Assembly: GCA_964016885.1 (NCBI GenBank)
Contig: OZ024763.1
Location: forward strand, 9,424,001-9,488,000
Length of the DNA: 64,000 bases
Direction: 5' to 3'
Source of the DNA: Eledone cirrhosa
Taxonomy: Eukaryota
Position numbers and translations under genes: made by a program. Below the pieces are notes generated by a model. It was not told the origin of the DNA and did not search any database. It saw only the letters and a program-made list of their open reading frames with translations. This document shows positions 1 through 13,977 of this stretch, piece by piece (within the stretch, counting starts at the first letter, position 1; each line of letters opens with the position of its first letter).

Positions 1-213
1 CCAAATTTATTTTAAAATGTAGTGTTTTTATTTAGAAATATAATAACAAAAAGATTAAAGTGCTTATAATTTTATCTTAGAACCTTTGTTAAATTACTAA
101 ATCACTCCAAATCTTCATTATTTTCAAAATCATTTGAAAACCACAGACAGCACCTTTCATTGGAAATATGGAAACAAAGAGCTTAATGAAGTGCAGTTGT
201 CACAACTTCTTAC

Positions 214-389
214 CTTGTCTTATTTTACGATTTGCTTCAATGAGATCCCGACGTACACTGTCGCGTGCCTCCTCAACTAGTTTCAACTGGATCTTCAGTT
301 CCGCGACCTCTTTTAGTGCTACCTCTCGATAGCGCTGCAGCTCTTTTGTTCTGTTGGTCAGATCCTTGATTTCTTTCTCATTTGCATTC
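214..389 (-). CDS. CROCC: Rootletin exon (last in window; gene continues leftwards)
   Basis: 176 nt, phase 2-1. Encodes ...QLKLVEEARDSVRRDLIEANRKIRQ and ends at a gtaag donor. Confidence 0.9.
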
Positions 390-589
390 CTGAAATAATA
401 ATAATAACAATAATAATAATTGTTTCTACATTTGCACAAAGCCAGCAATTTGAAGGGAAGGGGAAAGTCGATTAAATCAACCCCAGTGCTTAACCAGCTG
501 ACTTTGGCAGGATTTGAATTCAGAACTTAGAAAATAAGATATTAAAAAGCTAATTGGTTAAAATTATAACTGAAGATTGATAATTATAT

Positions 590-1060
590 ATATTAGAATT
601 GGTGCTCTGAAATAACGATGTATACATGAATATCTGTACAGTATATTTAGCAATATACTGTATGCTTAATTAATAACATTTTGAAGACCTTGCGCGTTTT
701 TAATTAAGCATACAGTATATTGCCAAATATACTATGCATACATTCATGTATACATCGCTATTTCAGAGCACCAATTCTAATTTTCAATTTTTGCTGGACC
801 GGCAATCACTCTGTATAATCAGTTCCTGATTATTACTGGAATTCTATAAGAATCCAGCATCTATAATTTTCAACAGGCATCGGCAAGTGCTAAGCTCTGA
901 TGATCACAAACAGTGTGAAATAGATCTGACAGCTTATCTCCCTTCCTTTGTTGAAAAAAGTAAGTGACATAGTCACTACTTTAAAATAATAGCGCAAGGT
1001 CTTCAAAATGTTTTTAATTAAGCATACAGTATATTGCCAAATATACTATACAGATATTTA
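590..1060. mobile_element. Fold-back element, probable Penelope-like pseudo-LTR remnant
   Basis: Inverted arms at about 592-690 and 705-781. A direct repeat of part of the arm recurs at about 1010-1055. A hammerhead-like core lies at 891-936. Confidence 0.55.
891..936 (+). ncRNA. Degenerate minimal hammerhead ribozyme motif
   Basis: taagct-CTGATGA-tcacaaacagtgt-GAAA-tagatctg-ac-agctta. Stem I pairs, but the cleavage-site U is mutated. Confidence 0.5.
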
Positions 1061-1086
1061 TATATATATATATATATTAGGCAAAA

Positions 1087-1197
1087 CTCACTGATGAAAC
1101 CACATGTGCCAATTGTGCATTTTTGCATAATATATGCGGACAGTGGGTTCTGTGCACTCTATTGTTGCATTAAGTGTGGCCGAAACTCGAGTATGGG
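1087..1197 (+). ncRNA. Hammerhead motif with long stem II insert
   Basis: ctca-CTGATGA-aaccaca...tgtggcc-GAAA-ctcgag-TA-tggg, with palindromic stem III (actcgagt). Confidence 0.55.
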
Positions 1198-2329
1198 AAT
1201 AATTGAAGGTACCCATTTACGTGTGTTGTATTGAAGCAAATAACTAACTATGTGTCTACTCTGGCAGTTTATTTAACATTACTTATTGAGTACGCTGAGA
1301 TGCAACTGGTCATAGCAGTGAAACCCATGCTAGTTCCATCAACTTATTATTTTCTCCCAACTAGCAGATTAACAATGAGAGTCTGTTGAACAATTTTTCA
1401 CATTTTTTATTGTGTTTTGTTTAAAATACGCTCTAATACCTGTTATAAATTTTCTCTCTCACTCACTTATTGAATCGTACAACTTGTGAAATTGACCGGT
1501 TTATGCACAAGGTTGATCGAAATATCTAGAATGCAGACTCTAACCAGTGTGCTAACTCAATATCGCTGTCTAATTGCTGGTTGGCATTTAATATCCAGAA
1601 AGGTTTTAGGCACTACCATTGTTACTGTCGCACTATTTCTCGCCATGAGACTTGGAGACTAGAGCTGAATACTACCATTCTATTGTACATTAAATTTGAA
1701 AATAATCAAGAATTTAAAGGGATTTAGTAGTATAACTTCCCTTTTTTTTTATTTTAAAGCTGGTTTTTAAAATATACAATATCTTCTTGCATAAAAAGAA
1801 AGATTAAATTTAAAAATATATCCTTTAAAACAATCAGTTTTCTATCATGTAACCAGACGCCATTTCAGGCAGTTTTGTATCAAAAGGGCTAAATATCATA
1901 ATACTAGAATAAGGACATTAACATTTTAAAATAATATAAATTAATAATGGTATAAAATTATTTTTTGTATCTCTGACAAATATATCCCATTCTACTCCCT
2001 TACAATAGAATTTTTTTTCATGCTACACCACTTGAAGTAAGGGAAGAGAGCATAAAATATAAAGCTCAAGGGAGGGTTGTAAGATTGGTCATTTAAAAGT
2101 AGAGGGGAAGTGATAATACACATAAAAAGGGCTAAAATAAATAATTTAAAATGCCAGAAAGGAATAAATGATAATAGGCAACATTTGAAATGATAGAAAT
2201 GTGAGAAATACCAGGTGGTTTTTATGATAAATAAATCTGAAGAAACAAAATAGAGGGCAAATATGATTAAATGTGATTATTTTTGTTAAAGTGAGAGGAA
2301 GGTGGCAGTGACCATGACCTATGGAGGCA

Positions 2330-2640
2330 GTTCCAAACTTGTGAGGTTGATGTTGATACTCATATTTTAGTTTTATTTGGTAGGTCTGGAGAAAGGAACA
2401 GCGTCCATGGCTTTCACAGGCCCTCTGAGATTGGAGAGATCAATGTTACTTGGTAGGTTTCGAGGAAGGGACAGTGTGAATCACCTTCACGGGTCCTCTG
2501 AGACCAGAAACCTTGATGCCGTTGATGTTCTGTTTAAACTGTTGCAGGTCTACTCCTTAAGGAAAAAACATGAGCAGGGAGTTCCAGAGAAATGGCATTA
2601 TGGACAGGAAGGACTGGGGTATCTGGAGGAAGTGTTTATT
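2330..2640 (-). mobile_element. Degenerate CR1/Jockey-group LINE 3' end
   Basis: Minus frame reads ...SFLSIMPFLWNSLLMFFP*GVDLQQFKQNIN, like the LWNSLP...FK C-terminus of this LINE group. Confidence 0.4.
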
Positions 2641-3628
2641 ACTTCTCTTCCATAGTCACTTTTATCCGTCCTCAACCATCTCTTTTTTCACCATCCCAGG
2701 CCCTATTCCCATCACTCCTCTCACCCAATCATGTTTGTCCTTCCTCAACACATGACCCAACCATCTCATTCCATTTCTCTCCGACATCCATCACTGACTC
2801 TATTCCCATTATCTTCTCATCCTTCTTGACTCAGCCATCTGTTTTCACAACATTCATCATTGACTCTATTCCCATGTAGTTATATGGGTGTGAGTGGAAG
2901 ATGCAGTAGGAGGACAACTCAGTGAGACAATAATCAAGTAATTTTACCCTAATATATGACTGGTATTTATTTTATCAACCTGCAAGAGAGAACAAACATA
3001 TGAAGAAATACCCTGAAGTATAGTTGTCTGCCCTTTGTTATATAGTCAAGTACTTGCAATCATGTATGTGCTGAGATCTGTGTGTTTATGTGTGCATGCA
3101 CATGTTCAGGTGCATAAAGATGCACTTTTAAAAGATGAAATGTGAATCGCTGAATCATATATACATATATAAATATTTTCTGAAAAAAAAAAAAAGGTGA
3201 CAGTGACATCAAAGTTTCATTCCTCCTCTGACTGCAGTCAGAAAAAGCAGTCTTCTTTTTCTTCAGAAAATATAACATTCTGCTCACATGAATTGAGTTC
3301 TCATTCAGTTAATGCTTGAACGTTTTATGTACACTAGAATTTAAATCACCAAATTCAGCACGCATGCACACACACACACGCACACATACACATTTACATA
3401 GGAAGGTATTTTAGAAGGCTACAGCAATGCAAATAAGAAGCAAACAAGGCTTTTCTGCTTCAATGTAGTTTCCTAAATCGTTCCTTTTGACAAGAAGAAT
3501 TTTCTCCCAAGAACTAATTGAATATTTCTGAGGTAATATTCCAACAACTGTTATTGATATTTTTAATATTCAATGTTCTATTTGCATTGTTGTAGCCTTC
3601 TGAAATACTGATTGCTATATATATTTAC

Positions 3629-3825
3629 GTTGATTCTTCAAACTGGTTTTGGAAGTTCTTAAGTTCCGACTGTAGACTATTTGTGATATCACGGTCTTGT
3701 TCCTGCTTCACCAAGGACTCTCTCTTTATTTTGTTGAAGTCTGTTTGTAAGGTGGAGATTTCCTTTTGAATCAAGTTGTTTTTCTCCAGTAGAGAAGTCT
3801 TCTCTTGATCCAGTAATGAGATCAC
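3629..3825 (-). CDS. CROCC: Rootletin exon
   Basis: 197 nt, phase 0-2. Encodes VISLLDQEKTSLLEK...KQEQDR... Confidence 0.9.
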
Positions 3826-4116
3826 CTGCAAGTTTAAAGAGAAACACTCAATAGATATATCAATCATATTCATGAAGTGTTCAGTAAATTTTGAATTTTG
3901 AATATGTGTTTCAAACACCAGCTTAATAATGAAGTTATAACTAAATTCCTCCAAATTCTTGATTATTTTAAAAATAGTTTAATAAAAAAATTAGTTATTT
4001 TACTAAATTACTCCAGATTTTTGATAATTTATTAAATTAATTTAAACATAGGCAGTGCATTTAATTAAAAAGATGTTAACAAAGGGATTAATATTCTAAT
4101 TATTTTCTTCCCTGAC

Positions 4117-4296
4117 CTGTTGTTTTTCATTCTCAGCCAACAGCAATGCTTCGTCCCGTTCCCGTTGAATGGCAATTAATGCCTCTTCAAGTTGTTCCTT
4201 CTCCAGACCGAACTGGTTGAGAAGTTCCTCTCTCTCCAGGCCATGTTGGTGTAGTAGCTGCTCTCTCTGAGATTTGAACTCCAAACACTGGCTTTC
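4117..4296 (-). CDS. CROCC: Rootletin exon
   Basis: 180 nt, phase 0-0. Encodes ...IQRERDEALLLAENEKQQ. Confidence 0.9.
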
Positions 4297-4402
4297 CTAC
4301 AACAATCCAAACATTAACTTTCAACATTCTGTAACAACTTAGCAGAAAATGTCTAAAAATGGGTTTATTAATTCAAATGTTTATAGTATCTTTATTAGTG
4401 GA

Positions 4403-5512
4403 CATCATCATCATCATCATTTAATGTCCATCTTCCACCCTAGCATGGGTTAGATGGGTTTGTCTCATTTAGAGGCAAGTTGGGTCAGGTTACCATGTCT
4501 TGCTTATATAGGACTGTTTTTGGCTGGTTTTCTATGGCTGGATTCCCTTCCTAGCACAAACCACAATTACAGTGTGTGCTGGGTACTTTTTACTGTGTCT
4601 TTTACACGACCACTTTGCAGTTTTGGCTGGATGTTTTGTGGTACCAACGTAACACACACACATCATCATCATCGTTTAACGTCTATCTTCCACGCTAGCA
4701 TGGGTTAGACAGGAGTTGTCCCACTTGAGGCAAGGTTGGTTGGGTGACCGTGTCTTGTTCATATAGGACTATCTGGCAGGTTTTCTACGCCTGGATGCCC
4801 TTCCTAACACCAACCACATTCACATTGTGGACTGGGAACTTTTTACCGTGTTACCTACACGGCCACATTACAGCGTGGACTGTGTGATTTTTTCTCGTGA
4901 GACCTACACAATCTCGATCTCATTATCTCATTTATTTGGACTGGATGTCGTAGTACCAACTTTACAGAGAGAGGGTGGTGTTGGTGGGAGTGGGAGGATA
5001 GGGTAGGGTAGTGGATTGGGGTGTATATTTGGTTAGGAGGTGCCTACTGACTGTAGGTTTTGCTTTGTACATAGGCAAGGTGGGTCTTCTGTATTACTGC
5101 GTAGCGCCAAAGATCTCGGTCCAGTGACGTTGTCTTAGAGAGGTGTAAGTGTGTAAGGTCGGAATTTATCAGATCGTCCCAGGTTTTTCTGGGTCTACCT
5201 ACTCCGTAACTACCATCAATTTTGATCGCCCTGCACTTTTTTATACAGCTGTCGTCTTTCAGGCCCATTACGTGGCCATACCAACGTAGTCTTCTCTCAA
5301 GTAAACAGCATCTGATCCCTCTTATTCCTAATTTCTCACTTAGTTCATTTATGCTTTGCCGTTCATGTATATTACTATTACACATCCAACGGAGCATGCA
5401 TGCTTCGTTCCTTTCCAGTCTGCGCAGGTCCTCTGCACACAATGCTCAGGTCTCACTGCCATGTAGCATTGCTGTTCGTATACAGGCATCATACAATCTG
5501 CCTTTCATTTTT
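4403..5512 (-). mobile_element. RTE LINE 3' fragments (short 3' UTR copy plus longer copy from 4661)
   Basis: RRLRWYGHV..GRPRKTW C-terminus and (CAT)n tails. Confidence 0.9.
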
Positions 5513-5550
5513 AGTCACAAAAGGGTTACCTAAAATGTTAAGGTATTTAC

Positions 5551-5720
5551 CTTCTCTCTGTTAAGTCTCTCAACATCTTCTTCATGAGATTGTTGCTCCT
5601 GTTTTAGAGCCACCTGGAGATCCTTCTCAAGCTGTTGCAGACGAGAATTTAACAATTCTTTCTGTCTTTCAAGACGTTCAGTGTCCACCTCCTTATCTTT
5701 CAAGATTCTTTGGATTTCAG
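5551..5720 (-). CDS. CROCC: Rootletin exon
   Basis: 170 nt, phase 1-0. Encodes EIQRILKDKE...SHEEDVERLNREK. Confidence 0.9.
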
Positions 5721-7030
5721 CTGCAATAAATATTTCAATAAAATGAACATTTTAGATTTTCTATTTTTTTTCTTCACAAACCCACTGATGCAATACCTTT
5801 GATACATAATCATTGTTGTATCCTGGAGTCACTGAATGTTGCAGGTCTTACAACATAGTCTAGGTGACCCAGTCTGTGTCCAAGTGACATGCATACTACT
5901 GACCCCACCAGTCAATTCTCTTCAGCCATAGCCATCTATATGTTCTCTTTATTGCTTCCATTTTGTATTTGATGTCTCTCCTCTTATCCCCTTAATGCTA
6001 AGAGTTATATAGACTTGCTTAGGGAATAAGCTGCAAACCCTTGGCTTCCAAACTCAACTAGCATACACCTGCTTCCGTGGCAGTCATCCATCAACTAGTA
6101 CTTTGCTCTCTTCCTCTCCAGTGCCTCCTCCCTCCTACCCACTCAAGCAACAGTTAGCTCCAGTAGAATTAGCTATCTTGTCACCTTGGAAACCAAAGTG
6201 ATGCCAAGTCTCATTCTTGTTCTAAACTGTTAAACCCATCTGATACTAAACTGCCTAAAAGCACCCCTGGTTCTAGGATACAATGATTTAAATTGTTCAT
6301 CTATAAATTTAAACATTCCATCCTAATTTGGTGTAAGACAATTTTGTTTAATTATCTTCCAACACTAGATTAATAATGAGAAAATTAGTTATTTTACTAA
6401 ATCTCTATGAATTCTTGAGTATTTTCAAAATTATTTGAAAATCCTAGATTAGAATCTTTCATTAAAAATATGGTAACGAATGGGTTAAGTTATATTCAAA
6501 ACACCAACTTAATAATGAGAAAGAAAGTTAGTTATATTATTAAACTTCACCAAAATTCTTCATTATTTTCAAGATTATTAGAAAATTATAGGAAGTGTCT
6601 TACATTTGAAATATGGTAATGAAAGAGTTAAGTTATATTCCAAACACCAACTAAATAATGTAGAAGTTAATATTACTAAATCCCTCCAAAATTCTTGATC
6701 ATTTTTGAAATCATAAATACTGTTTTGTATTAGAAATATGGTAACAAAATGGTTAAAAAATGAAAATATAGGCACAAATACAATTCTTAATTACAAATAT
6801 TTCACATGAAAATATAAAATCAAAACAACACAAAATATGAATTCATTACTAAGTGTGTTGACAAGGGGTGCATGAGCCTCCCGTGAATACCTTTTGAGGT
6901 AAGCGAATATACTTACAGCATTAGTGCTGTATGATAGCAAGGCTAGGGTCCTGTAACAACAAAGCATCCCCTGACACCTTGGTAAGGCAAACTGCCAATG
7001 GTTAAATAAATCCTTTTTATAATAGCTTAC

Positions 7031-7352
7031 CTTGAAGGTTTTCTTTACGAATAATTACATCTTGGTTTTCTCCTTCCAGCTGCTCTTTCTTGGCTCTCAG
7101 CTGAATATTCTCCTGCTGTACCTCATATAAAGTGTTTTCCAAGCTGTCTTTGTCAGTTCTAATTGCGGCAATAACCTCACTTTGTTGCCGATTGTCCCTC
7201 TCTGTGGCTGTGACTTGAACAATCAGCTCAGCATTCTGCTGAGTCAGCAGTTCTTTGTCCTTGTTCACCTTTGATATCAGTGTCTTGTGTCGTTCCAGTT
7301 CTTTACGTAATGCCAGCAATTCTTCAGCTAATGCCTGCTTTTGACGAGACAG
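7031..7352 (-). CDS. CROCC: Rootletin exon
   Basis: 322 nt, phase 0-1. Encodes LSRQKQALAEEL...LIVQVTATERDNR...DSLENTLYE. Confidence 0.9.
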
Positions 7353-7869
7353 CTGTAACAAAGGAACCATTATAGATTAACAATATCAGGAACCCCTAAA
7401 CTTTTTAGACCATTGACCCCCTCCACCATCACCCCATTGACCCTGGACATGTATGAACAGACAGAGTATAGAGTGTCTACATCAGGGATCCCACAAACAT
7501 TTTAGTTAGTCAACCCCTTTATGTAATCCTTGATCTGCTTCATCGACCCCTAGGCATGTACAAAAATAAAGAATCAGTAAAGAGAAAAAATAAATGTAAC
7601 TCTCTGCTGCAAAGAGTTACGGCCCTTTATGGTCTGAGTTCAAATCCCGCCGAGGTTAACTTTGCCTTTCATCCTTACGGGGTCGATAAGTACTAGTAAT
7701 GCACTGGGATAATTGCTGGCCTTGTGTCAAATGTAGAAACAATTATCAAACTGTCTCTCTACAACAGAGAACCCCTGTGTTTTTAGACCATTGACCCCTT
7801 TCATGGAATCCTTAACCCCTTCATCGACCCCAGATATGTACAAAAACAAATAACTAGATTAAGTGAGCA

Positions 7870-8400
7870 ACCAATATACCTGTTACTATTGGCGTCATGA
7901 AAAAATAGATCCACCACATTCTGTAAAGTGTCAGTGTTGGTACTTTAATAAAATACACCCATTCCACTCTGTAAAGTGGTACTGCTGGTGTCATGATAAA
8001 ATACACCTAGTCCACTCTGTAAAGTGGTAGTTCTGGTGCTATGATGAAATGCCTCCAGTCAGCACTGTAAGGAAATAATGCTGATGCCACGATAAAAAGC
8101 ATTCAGTCCACCATGTAAAGTGATAGTGCTGATGCCACATCCAGTACACTCTAAAGAGTTAGTGCAAGTGTCACACTAAAATACACCCATTCCACTCTGT
8201 AATGTGGTAGTGCTGGTGTTGTGATAAAATACACCTCATCCACTTGGTAAATGCCCCAAGTACACTCTGTAAAATGGTAGTGTTGGTACCGTAATAAAAT
8301 CACTCAGTCTATAAAATAATAACCTTGTAAAGTGTTACTGTTGATGCCGTGATACAATGCACCCACAACACTCTGTAAAGTGTTAGTGTTGGTGTCATGA
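7870..8400. repeat. Degenerate ~46-bp tandem repeat; related arrays at 9660-9920 and 46139-46275
   Basis: Recurrent unit ~gataaaatacacccagtccactctgtaaagtggtagtgctggtgccat. Confidence 0.75.
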
Positions 8401-8457
8401 AAAAGAAAAACACCAGTACACCTTGAAACCAGTAAAATAATAAAAGAGTAATAATAC

Positions 8458-8564
8458 CATATTTAATTGTTCAACAACTTCAGCCTTCTCCAAGTTAACA
8501 GCATGGATTTCTTCTTCAAGTTGTCTGTGGGTCATTTCACTCAAATTTAATGTCTGGTTGAGAG
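8458..8564 (-). CDS. CROCC: Rootletin exon
   Basis: 107 nt, phase 1-0. Encodes LNQTLNLSEMTHRQLEEEI... Confidence 0.87.
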
Positions 8565-9466
8565 CTACAAAATAAAACAAAAGGAGAGTGTGAATCATTA
8601 ACCTTTTCATTACCATATTTCTACTGAAAGACACTGCCTATGTGCTTCAAATCATTTTGAAAATAAATAAGATTTTGAAAGGATCTAGTAAAATAACTTT
8701 CTTTTTATTAAGAGGGTGTTTAGATCATAACTTAAGCACAGTTACACAACATTTTGAAGAAAGGTTTTTAGATAAACAATATCACTTTAAAATAAACAGC
8801 TTAGTATCATGGAACCAGAGGTGGTTTCAATCAGTTGATATCAGAATAAAATATACTGTATTTTAAATTAATCAAATAAAGATGTTGGAGGAATTTACTA
8901 AAATTATTACTTATTTCATTATTTAGATTGTATTTGTAACATAACATGATTCTTATATAAAATTATGCAGGAAGATTTTAATTTAAATAGGAATACTTTA
9001 ACATTTTTCATATCAACTCGCCCAAAACCACTTCTGGGTCTATGAAAATTAACCCCCAAATTTAAAAGATCCTAATATTATTTGATATAAACACCTATTG
9101 TTCTGTTACAAATAACACCTTAATAATGAAATAATAATTTTCGTATATCAAATTCTTTATCAATTAATTCAAAACTCTAAACACTGTATTTCATTATAAA
9201 TATGGTATCAAGAGTTAAAATGTGTTGTTTTGTTTCATAGAACCACAGGTTGGTATCAAAAGGGTTGAAATGAGAAACTTTGTTTCATAGAGCCAGTAGT
9301 TTTGGCTGAGTTGATCCAAAAATTTTGAGAGAGGTGGTTTTATTTCATAGAACCAGAGGTGGTTTTGTTTGATAAAACCTGAGCTAGTTTTGGCTAGATT
9401 GGTACCAAAAGGGCTAAATAAACAGATAAATAAGTGCAAACTCCAGACAAGTGCAAAGACACTTAC

Positions 9467-9590
9467 ACATTTTCTCTGTATCTAAATCCATTTTCTCTTG
9501 TTCAACCCTTACAAGTTCCTCCTTGATACCATATTTCTCTTGTTCCAATGACTGCTTCTCACCACTTAGAGACACTTTCTCATTTTCAAG
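9467..9590 (-). CDS. CROCC: Rootletin exon
   Basis: 124 nt, phase 0-1. Encodes LENEKVSLSGEKQSLEQEK... Confidence 0.88.
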
Positions 9591-10404
9591 CTGAGGAAAG
9601 ATAAAAAAAAAAATCATCTTGATTTATTATTCTACATGTGTGCACTTGTGCCATTATATAATGCACCCAGTACACTCTATAAGGTGGTAGTCCGGTGCTA
9701 TGATAGAATTCTCCCAGTTTGCACTGTAAGACAATAGTGCTGGTGCCATGATAAAAAGTATTCAGTACATTCTGTAAAGTGGTTGTGCTGGTACCATTAA
9801 AAAAATGTACTCAGTTCATCTTGTAGTGTTGTAGTGTTAGCGTCATAAATAAATGCACCCAGTCCACAGTGCTACTGTTGGTGTCACGATGTCTACACTG
9901 TAAGGTGGTAGTGCTACAGTCATAGTAAAATGGTTGTTAGGAAAGGAATCCAGCCATAAAAAACTTGCCAAACAAAGGGTAGAGGTGACAAAGGCATGAC
10001 AACCTTCCTAGTGCTGGTGCCATGATAAAATGCACAGCACAAGATGTGTCTCCCAAACTATCTGAGAGATCAGTGGCTCTGAGTAAGTACTGACTTGCTA
10101 GCAAGGAAAGCAAATGATGTTGATGGGTTAGGGTGTTTAGTTTGAGAAACTATTTTAACTTTCATTTCATTTTCCTTTCCTTCTTTTTTTTTGTTTATTT
10201 ATGATGGACGCTGGGTCAAAATATGGTAGATAATGCTAGTGGAAGGAAGCTGCAGTAGAGGATGACCAAGAAATACCTAAGCAGAGGTAGAGTTGATTTC
10301 AAAATACTGGAGCACACAGAGAAGATAACAAAGAAATGTTATAGGGGGAGGCAGGAGGAAATGAAATGAAATCCAAATAACATTTTAGACATCCCCATAT
10401 ATCG

Positions 10405-12347
10405 CATCACCATCATCACCGTTTTACGTCCGTTCTTCCACGCTAGCATGGGTTAGACGGGTTGTCCTGTTGTGGGCAGTGTCTGGTCGGCTGACCATGC
10501 CTTGCTCATACAGGAACTGATTTGGCTCGATTTCTACAGCTGGATGCCCTTCCTAACACCAACCTCATTTACAGTGAGTGCTGGGTGCTTTTTTTGCCGT
10601 GGCACCTCCATGACCACTTCGCAGTGGGAGGATGTGGGGGCATATTGTCTATATGCTTCAGCTTCGGCTTGTACCCGTGGGAAGTTGGGTCTTCTGTATT
10701 ACTGCGTGACGCCAGAGGTCACGGTCCTGCATCATCACCTTTGAGAGGTGCAATTGAGTAAGGTCGGCTTTTATCACCTCATCCCAGGTCTTCTTGGCTC
10801 TCCTCACTCCACGGCTTCCATCAACTTCTAGTGCTCTGCATCTTTTTATGCAGCTATCATCGTCATACGCATCACATGTCCATACCAACGCAACCGCCTC
10901 TCCTGCACACAGCATCTGATTCCTCTTATGCTCAGTCTCTCTCTCAATTCGTTTATGCTTTGCCATTCGCATATATTACTATTACACATCCATCAGAGCA
11001 TGCAGGCTTCGTTTCTTTCTAATCTACGTAATTCTTCCACCTTCAGCGCCCAGGTCTCACTACCATGTAATATTGCTGTTCGTATGCACGCATCATACAG
11101 TCTACCTTTCATTTTGAGGGAAAAGCCTTTTGCAGCTAGCAGTGGCAGTAGCTCCCTGAATGTCTTCCATCCCGTTCTTACCCTGGCTATTGTACTTTCC
11201 GAACACCCACCTCCACTGCTAATTCGGTCATCTAGGTAGCAAAAGCTGTCTACTGTTTCTACAGAGCCCTCCCAGAGTTTGGTGGTGCTTGTTTCCTGTG
11301 GCCGTTTGCTGGTTGGTGTCCCAGCACAGCTGCTACATGTGAAGCCTACATTCTTAGTTAAGCTTCCTGAGATCCCACTACATCTCTTGTGTACCCATTG
11401 TTTGCATTTGGGCAGAGGATGGAGTTCCTACCTACTGAGCAAGGCCATTTCCCTGAGGGGATCTGGGTTCTGTTTTCTCGACTACTTATGAGGACCTTAG
11501 TCTTTGTCAGGTTGACTTTGAGACCCTTTCTTTCTAGTCCATGCTTTCAATTTGGAATTTCTTCTCTAGTTCTACCATAGATTCAGCTATAAGTGCAAGA
11601 TCATGGGCATCCGGTCTTAAACTCCTCCGTTATTGCCTGCAAGAGAGGGCTAAGAACAGAGCCCTGGTGGACACCAACCTGTATGCTAAATTCTTCACTA
11701 TAGTCATTGTTAACCCTAACTTTGCTGACTGCTCCCCTATATATGGCTTATACTACTTTCACAAGCATTCATCTACTCCTAGTTTTCTAAGAGCCCACCA
11801 GATTATAGCACGGGGGACTCTGTCAAAGGCTTTCTTGAGATCGACGAATGCCAGATAGAGCAGCTTACTTTTAGCTAGGTACTTTTCCTGTAACTGCTTC
11901 ACAAGGAAGAGGGCATCAGTGGTGCCTCTTCCTGGCACAAACCCAAATTGCATCTCATCTAGTTTTACCTGGTCCCTAATCAACTGTGCTATAACTCTTT
12001 CTGTTACTTTCATGACCTGGTGCATCAGCTTTATACCCCTATAGTTTCCTCTATCTAGTGCATCACCTTTACCTTTGTAGCAGTTGACAATGATGCTGCT
12101 GCGCCAATCCTTTGGTATGACATCTTCTAGTATTACTTGGTTAACAATATGAGTGGTTATGGTGTGACATACCGACCCAGATGCCTTCAGCATCTCGGCA
12201 GCTATACCCGATGGACCGCTTGCCTTCCCAGTCTTCATATCTTTAATTGCCTTACTTACTATGCTGCTGCTGACTTGTACTGCTGGCCCCTCTATAGGGT
12301 CTACTTGGGGTAGGGACTCTTTCTCCCATACATTGTCCTCATTCAGC
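10405..12347 (-). mobile_element. 5'-truncated, frameshifted RTE LINE
   Basis: RT motifs NYRGIKL, QFGF and AFVDLKKAFD, plus a (CAT)n-like tail. Confidence 0.93.
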
Positions 12348-12454
12348 TAAGGGGTCAAAACACTGAACCTCACATAGGAGACGATGGAGGAATGCTACTA
12401 GTGGAGAGAGGATGTACTGACTCATCCAACCCGTTTTTGTTTGTTTGTACAAAC

Positions 12455-12618
12455 CTGCAAAATAATCTTGTTTAGTTCTATTTTGTCTTGACCGAGACTT
12501 TCATTTAAGGACTGAAGTTTTAATAAACTATCATGAAGACCGGCTGTTTCAGCTTTCAATTTGTTTACTTCAACTTCTGTCTCGGACTTTTTAGCTTCAC
12601 ATTTACCAAGAGTTTCAG
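12455..12618 (-). CDS. CROCC: Rootletin exon
   Basis: 164 nt, phase 1-0. Encodes ETLGKCEA...LHDSLLKLQSLNESLGQDKIELNKIILQ. Confidence 0.9.
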
Positions 12619-13977
12619 CTGAAACAAAAAAAAACAAAAAAAAAAAATGAAATATAACCTTTTAGGCCAGTATTTCTAATAAAAAACATTTAATTTCAAT
12701 TAATTAACTCTTAACGTCCTGTACCACATGAGCGAGGCATTCTTGAAAACATACAAAACAGCACAATGACTGCATCACATGAAAAATTAATGTTAATAAT
12801 CTAATACTGTAAATGTTCACAATGATCTGTCCACTAGTGAAGATATTATAAACATTTGAATTAACAAACCACATGAAACCCCATTAGCAAGACATTCTAG
12901 AAATATACAAACAACACCAGAACTGCACCACATTAATCATTTGACATTTTACTCTAATACTGCCACTTTTCATAATGATCTGTCTATTAGTAAAGATAGT
13001 ATAAACATTTAAATTAACAAACCACATAAAACCCCATTAGCAAGACATTCTTGAAATATAAAGGTAAGTTAGTATCCAGCCAGAATTCTCTCACTTCTTT
13101 CTGTTCAAACCGGCCATAACTGGCGCTTATACTGACGTTAAGGTATTGTTCTCAAAATAAAGAACATCAAAATCTTATAGATTCGATATTATGTGAGATA
13201 AAGCCTTTACCGTGAAAATACAATGGTATATATAGAGAAATGTAAATGCTATGTGAGATATTATGGGAGATAAAGCCTTTACTGTGAAAATACAATAGTA
13301 TATATAGAGTAATGTAAATGGTAAAGGGTTAAAGATGATTCCTTCATAATACCTTAATATTTTGGTAAGTGTTATCATGGCATAGGGGTTATGACATATG
13401 ACCCACAACTAAATGGCACATTGAGCAAGACTATATTGCATGCTGCTCCAGTCAACTCAGCTGGAAAACATGAGTTATGACATCCCTAATGCTAAGCTGT
13501 ACATCCTATACAGTAGAGTAGTAGAGTAATACGAGATTTTACGTCAAAAGTGTCAAGTTGTATTAGCATTTGCCTTTCCCTTGGACAACATTGGTGGTGT
13601 GGAAATGAGAGACTGGCATGCATGAGTGACTGTTGCTCCATAAAACACCTTGCCTAGGTTTGTGCCTCGAAAAGGAACTTCCCATGTAGAAACACATGGT
13701 CAACCAGGATTGAAGGCAGCCTTTATCTACTGTAATATTATTGATTTCTCTAGTTTAAATACATGGCCAGCACATTTTGAAAGGAAGGGATAAGTTGATT
13801 AAATCAAATCAACTCCAGTACTTCACTGGTACTTTATTATTGATCATGGAAGGACGAAAAGTGGGATTTGAACAGAGAATGTAAAGAGCCAGAATAAATA
13901 CTGCAATGGCCTTTTATCTGATGCTTTACCAATTCTGCCAATACACCACCCTTTATTGAAATAATGTTAACACTAAC

